Origin: Candidatus Iainarchaeum sp.
GTDB lineage: Archaea; Iainarchaeota; Iainarchaeia; Iainarchaeales; JAFCCW01
DNA: 64,000 nt
NCBI GenBank assembly: GCA_017609985.1
Contig: JAFCCW010000001.1
Span: forward strand, 16,397 to 80,396
Direction of reading: 5' to 3'
Part shown: one piece after another, positions 53,426 through 61,166 of the stretch
Layout of the letters: each line of letters opens with the position of its first letter
Numbering within the stretch: the stretch's first letter is position 1
The notes under the pieces: model-generated
Database searches by the model: none
The model's input: only the letters and a program-made list of their open reading frames with translations
Told to the model about the DNA's origin: nothing
Made by a program: the position numbers and the translations under genes

Positions 53426-53776
53426 ATGAAAGGAAGAGGAAAGAAAAGGGAAACAGGAAAAAAACAGGGAAAAAAAAGAAAAAACAGACGAGAAAATAAA
53501 GGGTTTGAACCGGTGAAAGCCAAAGCCCAGCTTTTAGCGCTTGGCAAAACAGCAAAAGCTCTTGAAACAGGACTTAAAAAAGCAGAAGAAAGAAAGAAAA
53601 AGACGATTGAAAATGAGCTCGTGATAACCTTGACAATGATGTGGTCAAGCGCAAGACTTCTAGAAAATTACCATGAAAAAGCAGGAAACAAAGACAAGAA
53701 AGAAAAATATGGAAGAATAGCAGAAACAATAAACCAAAGGCTTGGCCAGTTAGGAAACAGAATAGAAACAGAATAG
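53426..53776 (+). CDS. small basic helical protein, unknown function
   Basis: The N-terminus MKGRGKKRETGKKQGKKRKNRRENKG is encoded by a polypurine tract, followed by about 85 aa of helical sequence. The stop codon lies inside an 11-bp tandem repeat. Confidence 0.4.
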   Translation: MKGRGKKRETGKKQGKKRKNRRENKGFEPVKAKAQLLALGKTAKALETGLKKAEERKKKTIENELVITLTMMWSSARLLENYHEKAGNKDKKEKYGRIAETINQRLGQLGNRIETE

Positions 53777-53816
53777 AAACAGAATAGAAACAGAATAGAA
53801 ACAGGAAAAAAATAAA
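53765..53816. repeat. 11-bp tandem repeat (AACAGAATAGA, about 4.5 copies)
   Basis: GAAACAGAATAGAAACAGAATAGAAACAGAATAGAAACAGAATAGAAACAGG. It overlaps the 3' end of CDS 53426..53776 and lies upstream of tRNA-Gly(UCC). Confidence 0.9.
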
Positions 53817-53850
53817 AGTATTTAATTGTTTCCAGAGGAAATTATTTGAC

Positions 53851-53921
53851 GCGTCCATGGTGTAGTGGTAGCATTAGAGCCTTCCAAGCTCTCCGCCCGG
53901 GTTCGAATCCCGGTGGGCGCA
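53851..53921 (+). tRNA. tRNA-Gly (anticodon UCC)
   Basis: Acceptor GCGTCCA/TGGGCGC (one G-U pair), anticodon stem AGAGC/GCTCT with loop CT-TCC-AA, T arm CCGGG-TTCGAAT-CCCGG, discriminator A. Confidence 0.85.
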
Positions 53922-53947
53922 TCACCAAATACACTGGCGGAACATAA

Positions 53948-54448
53948 ATGAAAGAACTGATTGAAGAGATTGATGAAAAAGGTAATCCAGTGAAAACTAT
54001 AAGCAGACAAGAAGCACATGAAAAAGGGTTAATGCACAGGACAGTTGTTCTGATGCTGTTCGACTTGGATGGTAGATTGTTTCTCCAAAAGAGAGCAGGC
54101 TGGAAAAAGTATTTTGGAGGAAAATGGGAATTTTCAGCAGGAGGGCATCTTGAAGCAGGCGAGGGAGAAGAAAAAGGAATGAAAAAAGAAGCAGAGGAAG
54201 AAATAGGCGTAAAGGAATTGAATTTGAAGAAGATTGGAGAAGAAAGAGTTGATGTGAAGCAAGAGGGAATGCACAACAAAGAGATTGTGAGCGTGTTCAA
54301 AACAGTTTCCAAAACAGGGATTGTAATTGATGGAGAAGAAGTTGAAGACGGCAGGTTTTGGGAGCTAGAAGAATTAAAGAAAGAAATTGAGGAAAATGAA
54401 GCAGAATTTACTCCATTGCTTGTGAGATGTTTGAAAAAATACTTTTAG
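53948..54448 (+). CDS. NUDIX hydrolase
   Basis: Nudix box GGHLEAGEGEEKGMKKEAEEEIGV, preceded by an IDI-like N-terminal segment (HEKGLMHRTVVLMLF). The type-1 IPP isomerase catalytic Cys was not seen. Confidence 0.8.
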   Translation: MKELIEEIDEKGNPVKTISRQEAHEKGLMHRTVVLMLFDLDGRLFLQKRAGWKKYFGGKWEFSAGGHLEAGEGEEKGMKKEAEEEIGVKELNLKKIGEERVDVKQEGMHNKEIVSVFKTVSKTGIVIDGEEVEDGRFWELEELKKEIEENEAEFTPLLVRCLKKYF

Positions 54449-54484
54449 AAAGAAATAAAAGCTAAAAAAACACTAATTCTTTGA

Positions 54485-54796
54485 ATGACAAAAAAGAGAA
54501 TTGGAAAAAAACAGGTTCAAGCAATAGCTCTTGAACGTATTTACAGATTGTTCGAGCTGGCAGAACAGGAATTTGAAAAACACCCAGAGAGAAGCAAGAG
54601 ATATGTAGAGCTTGCACGAAAGATTGGGACAAGAAGCAATGTAACTATTCCCTCAAAATTAAAGAAAAGATTCTGCAAAAAATGCGGAGCATTCCTTGTA
54701 TATGGAACAAATGGAGAACTTGAAGAAAAGGAAAAAATTGGAAATCTCAAATGCAGAGAATGCGGAGCAGAAAGAAAGGTGAAACTTTGTGAATAG
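54485..54796 (+). CDS. rnp4: RNase P protein component 4 (Rpp21/Rpr2 family)
   Basis: AIALERIYRLFELAEQEF...RSKRYVELARKIGTRSNVTIP..LKKRFCKKCGAFLV...CRECGA: helical N-terminus plus a zinc ribbon, as in Rpp21. Confidence 0.85.
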   Translation: MTKKRIGKKQVQAIALERIYRLFELAEQEFEKHPERSKRYVELARKIGTRSNVTIPSKLKKRFCKKCGAFLVYGTNGELEEKEKIGNLKCRECGAERKVKLCE

Positions 54797-55478
54797 TAAA
54801 AAAGGACAAGGTGCAATAGAGTATCTCTTGCTGATTGCCGCAGCAGTGCTTATCGCAGCAGTAGTGATTTTTCTTCTCGCAACAATGAGTGGAACGGGAA
54901 AAGAAGCAGGGGAAGAGGGGATGAGAGAAGTGTCTGGCGGATTAGACAATTTATTTAATTTAATTGATGAAGACGAAGGAAGATTTTTTATAGATGGAAC
55001 AAATATTGTTCCAATAGAGGGAAGTGAAAGCTATTCAGATTATTATCAATATGATTTAACTGAAGCATCAAGCTTGAATCTTGCGCAAGAAAGCAATCAC
55101 GCACTATTTTATTTATACCAACAGCAAGGCTCAAGTAGGATTGGGATTGCAATAGTCTTGGATAAACAGGATGATGGAAGTAGCGGAGATATGCAATTGA
55201 GAATAACAGGAGATGCTGGGAAAGGCAATATTGTGGTAATGGATGACAGTGGAGAAATGTCAGAAAACAGCTCTGAACTCAATGGAAGTTGGAGCTGGGC
55301 TGGCTGCTGTACTGACGGCGGATTGTTTACGATGCCGAACAATGAAAGCTGGAGCCTTGATTTTGAGATTGATGCAGCAAGCCTGAGTGGAATTTATGAA
55401 AGATATGTTGTGTTTGAAGGCAGTGGAAGACAAGCAGTTGGAAACAGTTTTACTTTGAGTTATGAATATACTCCTTAA
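54789..55478 (+). CDS. class III signal peptide (pilin-like) protein; GTG start
   Basis: (M)NSKKG^QGAIEYLLLIAAAVLIAAVVIFLLA. AAGGTGA lies about 7 nt upstream of GTG 54789. There is an 8-nt overlap with the rnp4 stop. Confidence 0.8.
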   Translation: MNSKKGQGAIEYLLLIAAAVLIAAVVIFLLATMSGTGKEAGEEGMREVSGGLDNLFNLIDEDEGRFFIDGTNIVPIEGSESYSDYYQYDLTEASSLNLAQESNHALFYLYQQQGSSRIGIAIVLDKQDDGSSGDMQLRITGDAGKGNIVVMDDSGEMSENSSELNGSWSWAGCCTDGGLFTMPNNESWSLDFEIDAASLSGIYERYVVFEGSGRQAVGNSFTLSYEYTP

Positions 55479-55494
55479 TCCACCACCGCCACCA

Positions 55495-55527
55495 CCCCCT
55501 AAAAAGCTTTTTAAATGTTTTTGGGGG
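55495..55527 (+). terminator. hairpin-rich element after the pilin-like gene
   Basis: CCCCC (55495-55499) ... GGGGG (55523-55527) enclose the palindrome AAAAAGCTTTTT and a T-run. Confidence 0.3.
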
Positions 55528-55615
55528 AGAATTTGTTTGAAAAGCTCTAATTTTAGAGCTACAGTCAAAGACTGTATAGCAAATGTCCCGAAAGGGACAC
55601 AATGGAGGAATAAAT

Positions 55616-56179
55616 GTGGGAATTTACGACATTCCAGCTTCAGAACTGATTGAAGCAATGGCAAAAGATTTTGAAAAAGAAATTGAAAAACCTGAATTCA
55701 CAGAATATGTGAAAACCGGAGCAAGCAGAGAACGCGCACCAGTGAGAAGTGACTGGTGGCATATCAGACTTGCTTCAATTCTTTACAGAATTTCCAAGGA
55801 CGGAGCAACAGGAACAGAAAGCCTAAGAACCTACTATGGCGGAAAAAAGAACAGAGGAAGCAAACCACACAGGTTCAGAAAAGCAAGCGGAAAAATTATT
55901 AGACAAGCACTCCAGGAACTTGAAAAAGCAGGTTATCTCAAGAAAATCAAAAAAGGAAGAGATGTAACTGGAAAAGCCCAGAGCTTTATGTTAAAAAAAG
56001 CAAAAGAAGTTGAAAAAGAAGCAAAAGAAAACAAGGCAAAAAAGCCGGTGGAAAAAATAAAAAAATCTACAGAAAAAAGCATGGAAGAAAAAAAGGTTGA
56101 AGAAGCCCTTAAAGGAGACAAACCAAAACAGCAAAAAGAGGGCAAAAAAGAAAAACCTGAAAAAAATGAACAAAAATAG
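55616..56179 (+). CDS. rps19e: ribosomal protein S19e with a Lys/Glu-rich C-terminal extension
   Basis: IYDIPASELIEAMAKDF...YVKTGASRERAP...DWWHIRLASILYRI...PHRFRKASGKIIRQALQELEKAGYL. I prefer GTG 55616, which lies 7 nt after GGAGG at 55604-55608 and gives the usual S19e N-terminus. The longest ORF starts at ATG 55583. Confidence 0.85.
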   Translation: MGIYDIPASELIEAMAKDFEKEIEKPEFTEYVKTGASRERAPVRSDWWHIRLASILYRISKDGATGTESLRTYYGGKKNRGSKPHRFRKASGKIIRQALQELEKAGYLKKIKKGRDVTGKAQSFMLKKAKEVEKEAKENKAKKPVEKIKKSTEKSMEEKKVEEALKGDKPKQQKEGKKEKPEKNEQK

Positions 56180-56187
56180 TGTTTTCT

Positions 56188-56502
56188 ATGGACTATGCTG
56201 AAATTCAAGAAAAAAGAAAACAACAATTAGTTGAAAATGGAGAAAGCAGGGAGGAAATAGAAAAAGCTGAAAAAAACGCAGAAAATCAAATTGCAGAAAT
56301 TGCAAGAAAGATTCTCTCCGACAAAGCAAGGGAAAGGCTGAACAATGTAAAACTTGTTGACCGAGAAAAATATATGAGAGCTGTGCAAGTGCTTATGTAT
56401 TTTTATCAAAATAATCCAGCCTCAAAAATTTCCGACCAACAGCTAAAATCAATTCTTGCAAAACTCTCAGCAAAAAGGGAAACAAAAATCGTGAGGAAAT
56501 GA
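56188..56502 (+). CDS. PDCD5/TFAR19-like DNA-binding protein
   Basis: ILSDKARERLNNVKLVDREKYMRAVQVLMYFYQNN...ISDQQLKSILAKL fits this family, and its position after S19e is the usual archaeal context. An alternative GTG start at 56179 overlaps the S19e stop. Confidence 0.75.
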   Translation: MDYAEIQEKRKQQLVENGESREEIEKAEKNAENQIAEIARKILSDKARERLNNVKLVDREKYMRAVQVLMYFYQNNPASKISDQQLKSILAKLSAKRETKIVRK

Positions 56503-56507
56503 TAATT

Positions 56508-56711
56508 ATGAGCTCAAACAAAGAACAAGACAAAAAAGAATTTCTTGTATCTGCAAGAAAATCCGTTAGTGCGGGCGTAACCAGCGTACCCGTATGGATA
56601 CTGCAAAAGGCAGGAAAAAGAATCTGGAACCCAAAACAGAAAAGACACTGGACAATGACAGACTTTGGAAAACAGTACAGAAAAAGAAAAAATCAAAAAA
56701 AGGACTCTTAA
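56508..56711 (+). CDS. rpl39e: ribosomal protein L39e with short basic extensions
   Basis: SVPVWILQKAGKRIWNPKQKRHWTMTDFG resembles the L39e core (..P.W...KT.R.......RRHWRR). The conserved neighbourhood (before L31e) supports the call. Start 56508 is preferred over 56499 on SD spacing. Confidence 0.6.
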   Translation: MSSNKEQDKKEFLVSARKSVSAGVTSVPVWILQKAGKRIWNPKQKRHWTMTDFGKQYRKRKNQKKDS

Positions 56712-56722
56712 CAGGTGATTGA

Positions 56723-57208
56723 ATGGCAGAAAAGAAAGCTGAAAAAGCAAAAGTGAAAAAAGCAGTAAAAAAGGAAAAAGAAGCACCAAAAGAACTTCAT
56801 TACATTGTGCCGCTTCAAAAAATAAACAATGCTCCAAAACCAAAGAGAGCAAGACGCGCAATCAAAAAGATTAAAGAGTTCTTCAAAAAGCATCTTCGCC
56901 TTGAAGAGTCACAGATAAAGCTGTCAGGAAAAATAAATGAAGCAATCTGGAAAAGGTCTGGAGAAAAGGTGCCGAAGAAACTTGCACTAAAAGCTGTTGC
57001 AGAAAAAAACAGAGCCAGTATTTTTCTCGAAGAAGAAAAAATAGAAAAAGCAAAAAAGAAAGAAAAAGCAAAAGAAGATAAAAAAGAAAAAAAAGAACCA
57101 AAGGGAAAAGAGGAAAAAGAAGAAGCCAAACAAGAGGAAAAAAAGAAAGAAAAAAAGCAAAGAGAAAAAGCATCAGAAGCATCAGCAATAAAACGCGGAA
57201 CAATGTAG
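56723..57208 (+). CDS. rpl31e: ribosomal protein L31e with Lys/Glu-rich N- and C-terminal extensions
   Basis: ELHYIVPLQKINNAPKPKRARRAIKKIKEFFKKHLRLEESQIKLSGKINEAIWKRSGEKVPKKLALKA is the L31e core. The remaining 70 or so residues are K/E low complexity. Confidence 0.8.
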   Translation: MAEKKAEKAKVKKAVKKEKEAPKELHYIVPLQKINNAPKPKRARRAIKKIKEFFKKHLRLEESQIKLSGKINEAIWKRSGEKVPKKLALKAVAEKNRASIFLEEEKIEKAKKKEKAKEDKKEKKEPKGKEEKEEAKQEEKKKEKKQREKASEASAIKRGTM

Positions 57209-57217
57209 GGTAGAGAA

Positions 57218-57880
57218 ATGGAAATAGAAAAAGCAAAATTAGAGCAGAGCCCATACATAGGAGTTTTTGCAATTATAACTGAAGAAAGAGCGCTTTTGCC
57301 TCTTAGAACAGAAAAAAGTGAACAAAAACTCTTTGAAAAAGTTCTCAAAGTAAAGATAGAAAAAGCAACAATTGCTTCTTCCCCACTGCTTGGAGCATTT
57401 GCAGCAGGAAACAGCAAAGGAATTGTAACAAGCGGGCTTGCAAGCAAGCAGGAAATAAAAAATCTTGAAAAAAAAGATTTCAATGTGCTGAGACTAAAAA
57501 GTATTTCCGCAATAGGAAATATTCTTGAAATAAATGATGAAAAAGGAGTTTGTTCTCAAATTATTTCAGAAAAAGAAAAAAAAGAAATTGAAAAATTTTT
57601 AGGAATAACAATTGAAACCCAAAAAATAGCTGGCACAGATCTTATTGGAAGCTGTATGGTGGCAACAAACAAAGGATTCATTGTTAATCCAAATATTTCC
57701 CAAAAAGAATTTGAAGAACTTGAAAAAAATTTTGGATTAGAAGGAAATGTGTCAACAGCAAACTATGGAGATGAACTTGTAGGAAACAGTGTTGTTGCAA
57801 ACAGTAAAGGAGCAATGGTGGGAGGACTCACATCAGGACACGAGCTGATAAGGATTGATGAAGGATTAAGAGGTGAATAA
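57218..57880 (+). CDS. eif6: translation initiation factor 6 (aIF6)
   Basis: Five-fold pseudo-repeat with SPYIGVFAIITEE, SPLLGAFAAGNSKG, SAIGNILEINDE, DLIGSCMVATNKG and ELVGNSVVANSKG; 220 aa. Confidence 0.9.
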   Translation: MEIEKAKLEQSPYIGVFAIITEERALLPLRTEKSEQKLFEKVLKVKIEKATIASSPLLGAFAAGNSKGIVTSGLASKQEIKNLEKKDFNVLRLKSISAIGNILEINDEKGVCSQIISEKEKKEIEKFLGITIETQKIAGTDLIGSCMVATNKGFIVNPNISQKEFEELEKNFGLEGNVSTANYGDELVGNSVVANSKGAMVGGLTSGHELIRIDEGLRGE

Positions 57881-57881
57881 A

Positions 57882-58106
57882 ATGGCTGAAACTGAAAAAA
57901 AGGAAAATAAAAAAGAATTCAAAACATTTACTGTGACTGGAAGCTTTATAGATATAAAAGAAACCAAAAAGTTTTCAAAAGAAATTAAAGCAATTAATGA
58001 AAGAAACGCAGAAGAAAAAATAATGTCTATTTTTGGATCAAAGCATGGGGCTAAAAGAAGAAAGATTATAATAACAGAATTAAAAGAAGGAGGCAAAGAA
58101 AAATGA
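57882..58106 (+). CDS. rplX: ribosomal protein LX (L18Ae/L20A family)
   Basis: FKTFTVTGSFIDIKETKKFSKEIKAINERNAEEKIMSIFGSKHGAKRRKIIITELKE, in the canonical position between aIF6 and prefoldin alpha. ATG 57882 lies 5-6 nt after AAGAGGTGA. An alternative GTG start exists at 57873. Confidence 0.7.
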   Translation: MAETEKKENKKEFKTFTVTGSFIDIKETKKFSKEIKAINERNAEEKIMSIFGSKHGAKRRKIIITELKEGGKEK

Positions 58107-58546
58107 CTAAAGAACAAAAAATAACACTAAGCCTTCAGCAACTGGTTGAAGAAAGACAAAAATTGAATTCACGAATGAAATCATTGCAGCAGAAAGCAGG
58201 AACAAGAAGCCAGATCTTAGCAGAACTTTTTGCAGCAAGAGACACTCTTAATCACATAAAAGATTCAAAAACTGAAGAAAAAATAATGGTTGATTTGGGA
58301 GCGGGAGTGTATATTGAAGCAAAAATAGATGTAAAGGGAAAAGTACAACGAAGTTTTGCAGGAAATATAATTATTGATAAGAAAGCAGAAAATGTCCTAA
58401 AAGACATAACAACAGATATTGAAAAAGTTCAAAAAGACATTGAGGCAATACAGCAGGAAATGGGACAGCTTGTTCAAAGCCAGCAGGGAATAGACACAAT
58501 AATTGGACAGATTCAACAAAAACAATTTCAAGACAGAAAAAAATAG
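58103..58546 (+). CDS. pfdA: prefoldin alpha subunit
   Basis: Two long coiled-coil arms flank a beta-hairpin region (MVDLGAGVYIEAKIDVKGKVQRSFAGNIIIDK). ATGA overlap with rplX, in the canonical context. Confidence 0.75.
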   Translation: MTKEQKITLSLQQLVEERQKLNSRMKSLQQKAGTRSQILAELFAARDTLNHIKDSKTEEKIMVDLGAGVYIEAKIDVKGKVQRSFAGNIIIDKKAENVLKDITTDIEKVQKDIEAIQQEMGQLVQSQQGIDTIIGQIQQKQFQDRKK

Positions 58547-58561
58547 AGAGACAGGTTTGAA

Positions 58562-59899
58562 ATGTTTGAATTCCTCAAAAAAAAAATAAACAACTTTACT
58601 TCAAAGATTGGAAAAAAAGAGGAACAAAAAGAACAACCTGAAGAAAAAAAAGAAACAGCTATTTCTCTAAAAGAAGAAAAAACTGGTCTTCCTGAAAAAA
58701 AGGAAAAAAAAGAAACCGGTTTACTAAAAGAACCAGTAGTCAAAGGCACAAAAGAAGTTGAACTGGAAACAGTAAAAGAAGTTGAAACAGGAGAATTGAA
58801 AGAAAAAAGTAAATCAGAAAATGAAGACTGGGAAGAAAAAAAGATTAGAAAAACAGAGGAGGAGACTGAAGAATTAGGTGCGCAGGAAGTTGGTGAAGAA
58901 AAAAACGAGCAAGAGATTGTTGAAAAATTAGAACCACAAAAAATTATTGACGAAGCAGAGGAAAAAAAAGCAATCGCAAAATCAGCAGAGGAATTAGACA
59001 AAAGAGAGCTTAAAGCAAAAATGAGTGTTTCAGGAAAGCTCCTTGGATTTGTCACAGGAAAAGTAAAACTTAAAGAAAAAGAACTTGAAGAACTTATCTG
59101 GGAATTTGAACTTTCTCTCCTAGAAGCAGATGTTGAACAAGAAACAGCAGAAAAAATTTGCTCAAAATTAAAAGAAGAAATGGTTGGAAAAGAAATTCCA
59201 AAAAAAGAAATTGACAAATTTGTAAAAGAAAACATAAAAAAAGCTCTTGAAAAAGCACTTGAAAGCAGTAAATACAATCTCTTGGAAGAAATTGGTTCAA
59301 AAAAAGAAAAACCATTCAAAATACTGTTTCTTGGACCGAACGGAGCAGGAAAAACAACAACAATTGCAAAGATAACAAAGCTCCTGCAAGGAAACGGAAA
59401 ACAAGTACTGCTTGCAGCAGCAGACACTTTCAGAGCAGCTTCAATAGAACAGCTTGAAACACACGCAGAAAAACTTGGAGTAAGAGTAATCAAGCACGAT
59501 TATGGAGCAGATCCTGCGGCAGTTGCATTCGATGCAGTTGAATCAGCAAAAAGCAAGGGAATAGATGTAGTGCTTATTGATACTGCGGGAAGACAGCACA
59601 CAAACAAGAATCTACTGGAAGAATTAAAAAAAATTGAACGGGTAGTGAAACCAGATGCAAAGATATTCATCGGAGAAGCATTGTCGGGACAAAGCCTGAT
59701 TGAACAGGCAAAAAAGTTTGACGAAGAATTAGGATTGGATGGATTTATTTTGACAAAGATTGACACAGACGCAAAAGGGGGGACACTTATTTCGCTTGTT
59801 TCAAAGATTGGCAAACCAGTAATCTATGTTGGAACAGGACAAGAATATACTGATTTGGAAGAGTTCTCTCCAGAATTTATAATAGGCAGAGTTGTCTAG
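58562..59899 (+). CDS. ftsY: signal recognition particle receptor FtsY
   Basis: Acidic/Lys-rich N-terminal region and an NG domain with LFLGPNGAGKTTTIAKI, DTAGRQH and TKIDTDAKGG. Confidence 0.95.
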   Translation: MFEFLKKKINNFTSKIGKKEEQKEQPEEKKETAISLKEEKTGLPEKKEKKETGLLKEPVVKGTKEVELETVKEVETGELKEKSKSENEDWEEKKIRKTEEETEELGAQEVGEEKNEQEIVEKLEPQKIIDEAEEKKAIAKSAEELDKRELKAKMSVSGKLLGFVTGKVKLKEKELEELIWEFELSLLEADVEQETAEKICSKLKEEMVGKEIPKKEIDKFVKENIKKALEKALESSKYNLLEEIGSKKEKPFKILFLGPNGAGKTTTIAKITKLLQGNGKQVLLAAADTFRAASIEQLETHAEKLGVRVIKHDYGADPAAVAFDAVESAKSKGIDVVLIDTAGRQHTNKNLLEELKKIERVVKPDAKIFIGEALSGQSLIEQAKKFDEELGLDGFILTKIDTDAKGGTLISLVSKIGKPVIYVGTGQEYTDLEEFSPEFIIGRVV

Positions 59900-60999
59900 A
59901 CAAGTTCTTCAACAGGAGTAAAATCAAGGGAATGAGCAGAAGCAACTCCCTGATTTGTAATTTTTCCATCAACAATGTTTACTCCCTTTGCAAACTCTTT
60001 GTCAGACTTAAAAACAGAAAAACCAGCTTTTGCAAGTTTTTGAATATAAGAAAGAGTAGAGTTTGTAAGAGCAATTGTTGAAGTGCGTGGAAACGCACCA
60101 GGCATGTTTGCAACACAGTAATGAATTACTCCATACTTTTCAAAAACAGGGTTTGAATGAGTTGTAGGGTGAGAAGTTTCAAAGATGCCTCCCTGGTCAA
60201 TTGCAACATCCACAATAACAGAACCAGGTTTCATTGAAGAAACCATTTCTTCGGAAACAATTTTTGGAGCACGAGAGCCAGGAATATAAACTGCTCCAAC
60301 AACAACATCGGATTTTTTGACAGTTTCAGTAATTGAATCAAGAGTTGACTCGAGAATTTTTGCATTTGGAAAAATGTTCTTAAGTTCCATAATACGGTCT
60401 GAACTTTTTTCAAGAATTGTTAAGTCTGCACCAAGACCAGATGCAACCTGAGCAGCTGACTGACCAACTACGCCTCCGCCAATAACGGTTATTACTGCGG
60501 GAGAAACTCCGGTTACACCTGAAAATAGCAATCCTTTTCCGCCAGCTGGTTTTGAAAGATAAAAAGAACCCATTAATGGAGCCATTTTTCCCGCAACCTC
60601 AGACATTGGCGCAAGCAAGGGGGTTTTTCCATCAACCTCAACTGTTTCATAAGCAATGCAGGTAGCGCCAGAAGAAAGCATTGCATCAGTTAGCTTGCGA
60701 TTTGAAGCAAAATGAAAATAAGTAAAAATAAGCTGTCCTTTTTTGAAAAAAGAATACTCACTTTCAAGAGGCTCTTTTATTTTAACAACCAGTTCAGAGC
60801 GTGAGGCAATCTGCTCAGGGCTTGAAACAAGCTCTGCACCGGAATCAGAGTATTCTTTATCAGGGAATCCAGATCCAAGACCAGCCCCGGCTTCAACTAA
60901 AACAGTATGCCTGTTAGACACCAGAGTTTTTGTGCCAGCGGGAGTTAGAGCAACGCGATTTTCATTGTCTTTAATTTCTTTCAAACACCCAATAATCAT
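59896..60999 (-). CDS. ald: alanine dehydrogenase
   Basis: MIIGCLKEIKDNENRVALTPAG start and the Rossmann motif VIGGGVVGQSAA; 367 aa. Convergent 4-nt overlap with ftsY. Confidence 0.9.
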   Translation of the reverse strand: MIIGCLKEIKDNENRVALTPAGTKTLVSNRHTVLVEAGAGLGSGFPDKEYSDSGAELVSSPEQIASRSELVVKIKEPLESEYSFFKKGQLIFTYFHFASNRKLTDAMLSSGATCIAYETVEVDGKTPLLAPMSEVAGKMAPLMGSFYLSKPAGGKGLLFSGVTGVSPAVITVIGGGVVGQSAAQVASGLGADLTILEKSSDRIMELKNIFPNAKILESTLDSITETVKKSDVVVGAVYIPGSRAPKIVSEEMVSSMKPGSVIVDVAIDQGGIFETSHPTTHSNPVFEKYGVIHYCVANMPGAFPRTSTIALTNSTLSYIQKLAKAGFSVFKSDKEFAKGVNIVDGKITNQGVASAHSLDFTPVEELV

Positions 61000-61166
61000 A
61001 AAAAAAAGACGAGATCTAAGAATTTAATTGTTTTGGTTGAAAAAATAGAAATTAGTTAATGAATGAATCAGAGAATGCAATCAAAGAAGAGAAGACTTGC
61101 TTTTGAAAAAAATGAAAACATTGTGTTTATTTAATGCTTTCGGGGGAAAAATCTTGAAGTGAGTAA

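Noticed and set aside
49322-53921. Is the tRNA-flanked segment (tRNA-Val ... tRNA-Gly ... tRNA-Gly) an integrated mobile element or genomic island?
   Set aside because: No integrase, recombinase, transposase or phage-like gene is present. I found no duplicated tRNA 3' fragment (att-like direct repeat). The content includes housekeeping tmk.
53842-54312. 156-aa minus-strand ORF spanning tRNA-Gly(UCC) and the NUDIX gene
   Set aside because: It overlaps a well-folded tRNA and is antisense to a gene with a clear Nudix box. Its composition is Ser/Phe/Pro-rich junk.
58528-59493. 321-aa minus-strand ORF antisense to ftsY. Similar long antisense ORFs occur at 56815..57483, 48261..48776, 47763..48254, 44557..45069, 13596..14168, 38573..39223, 27346..27798 and 40778..41173.
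   Set aside because: All lie opposite well-supported genes and have Ser/Phe/Leu/Cys-rich junk composition. The coding strands are purine-rich, so the complementary strand is pyrimidine-rich and depleted of stop codons (TAA/TAG/TGA), which produces long spurious frames.
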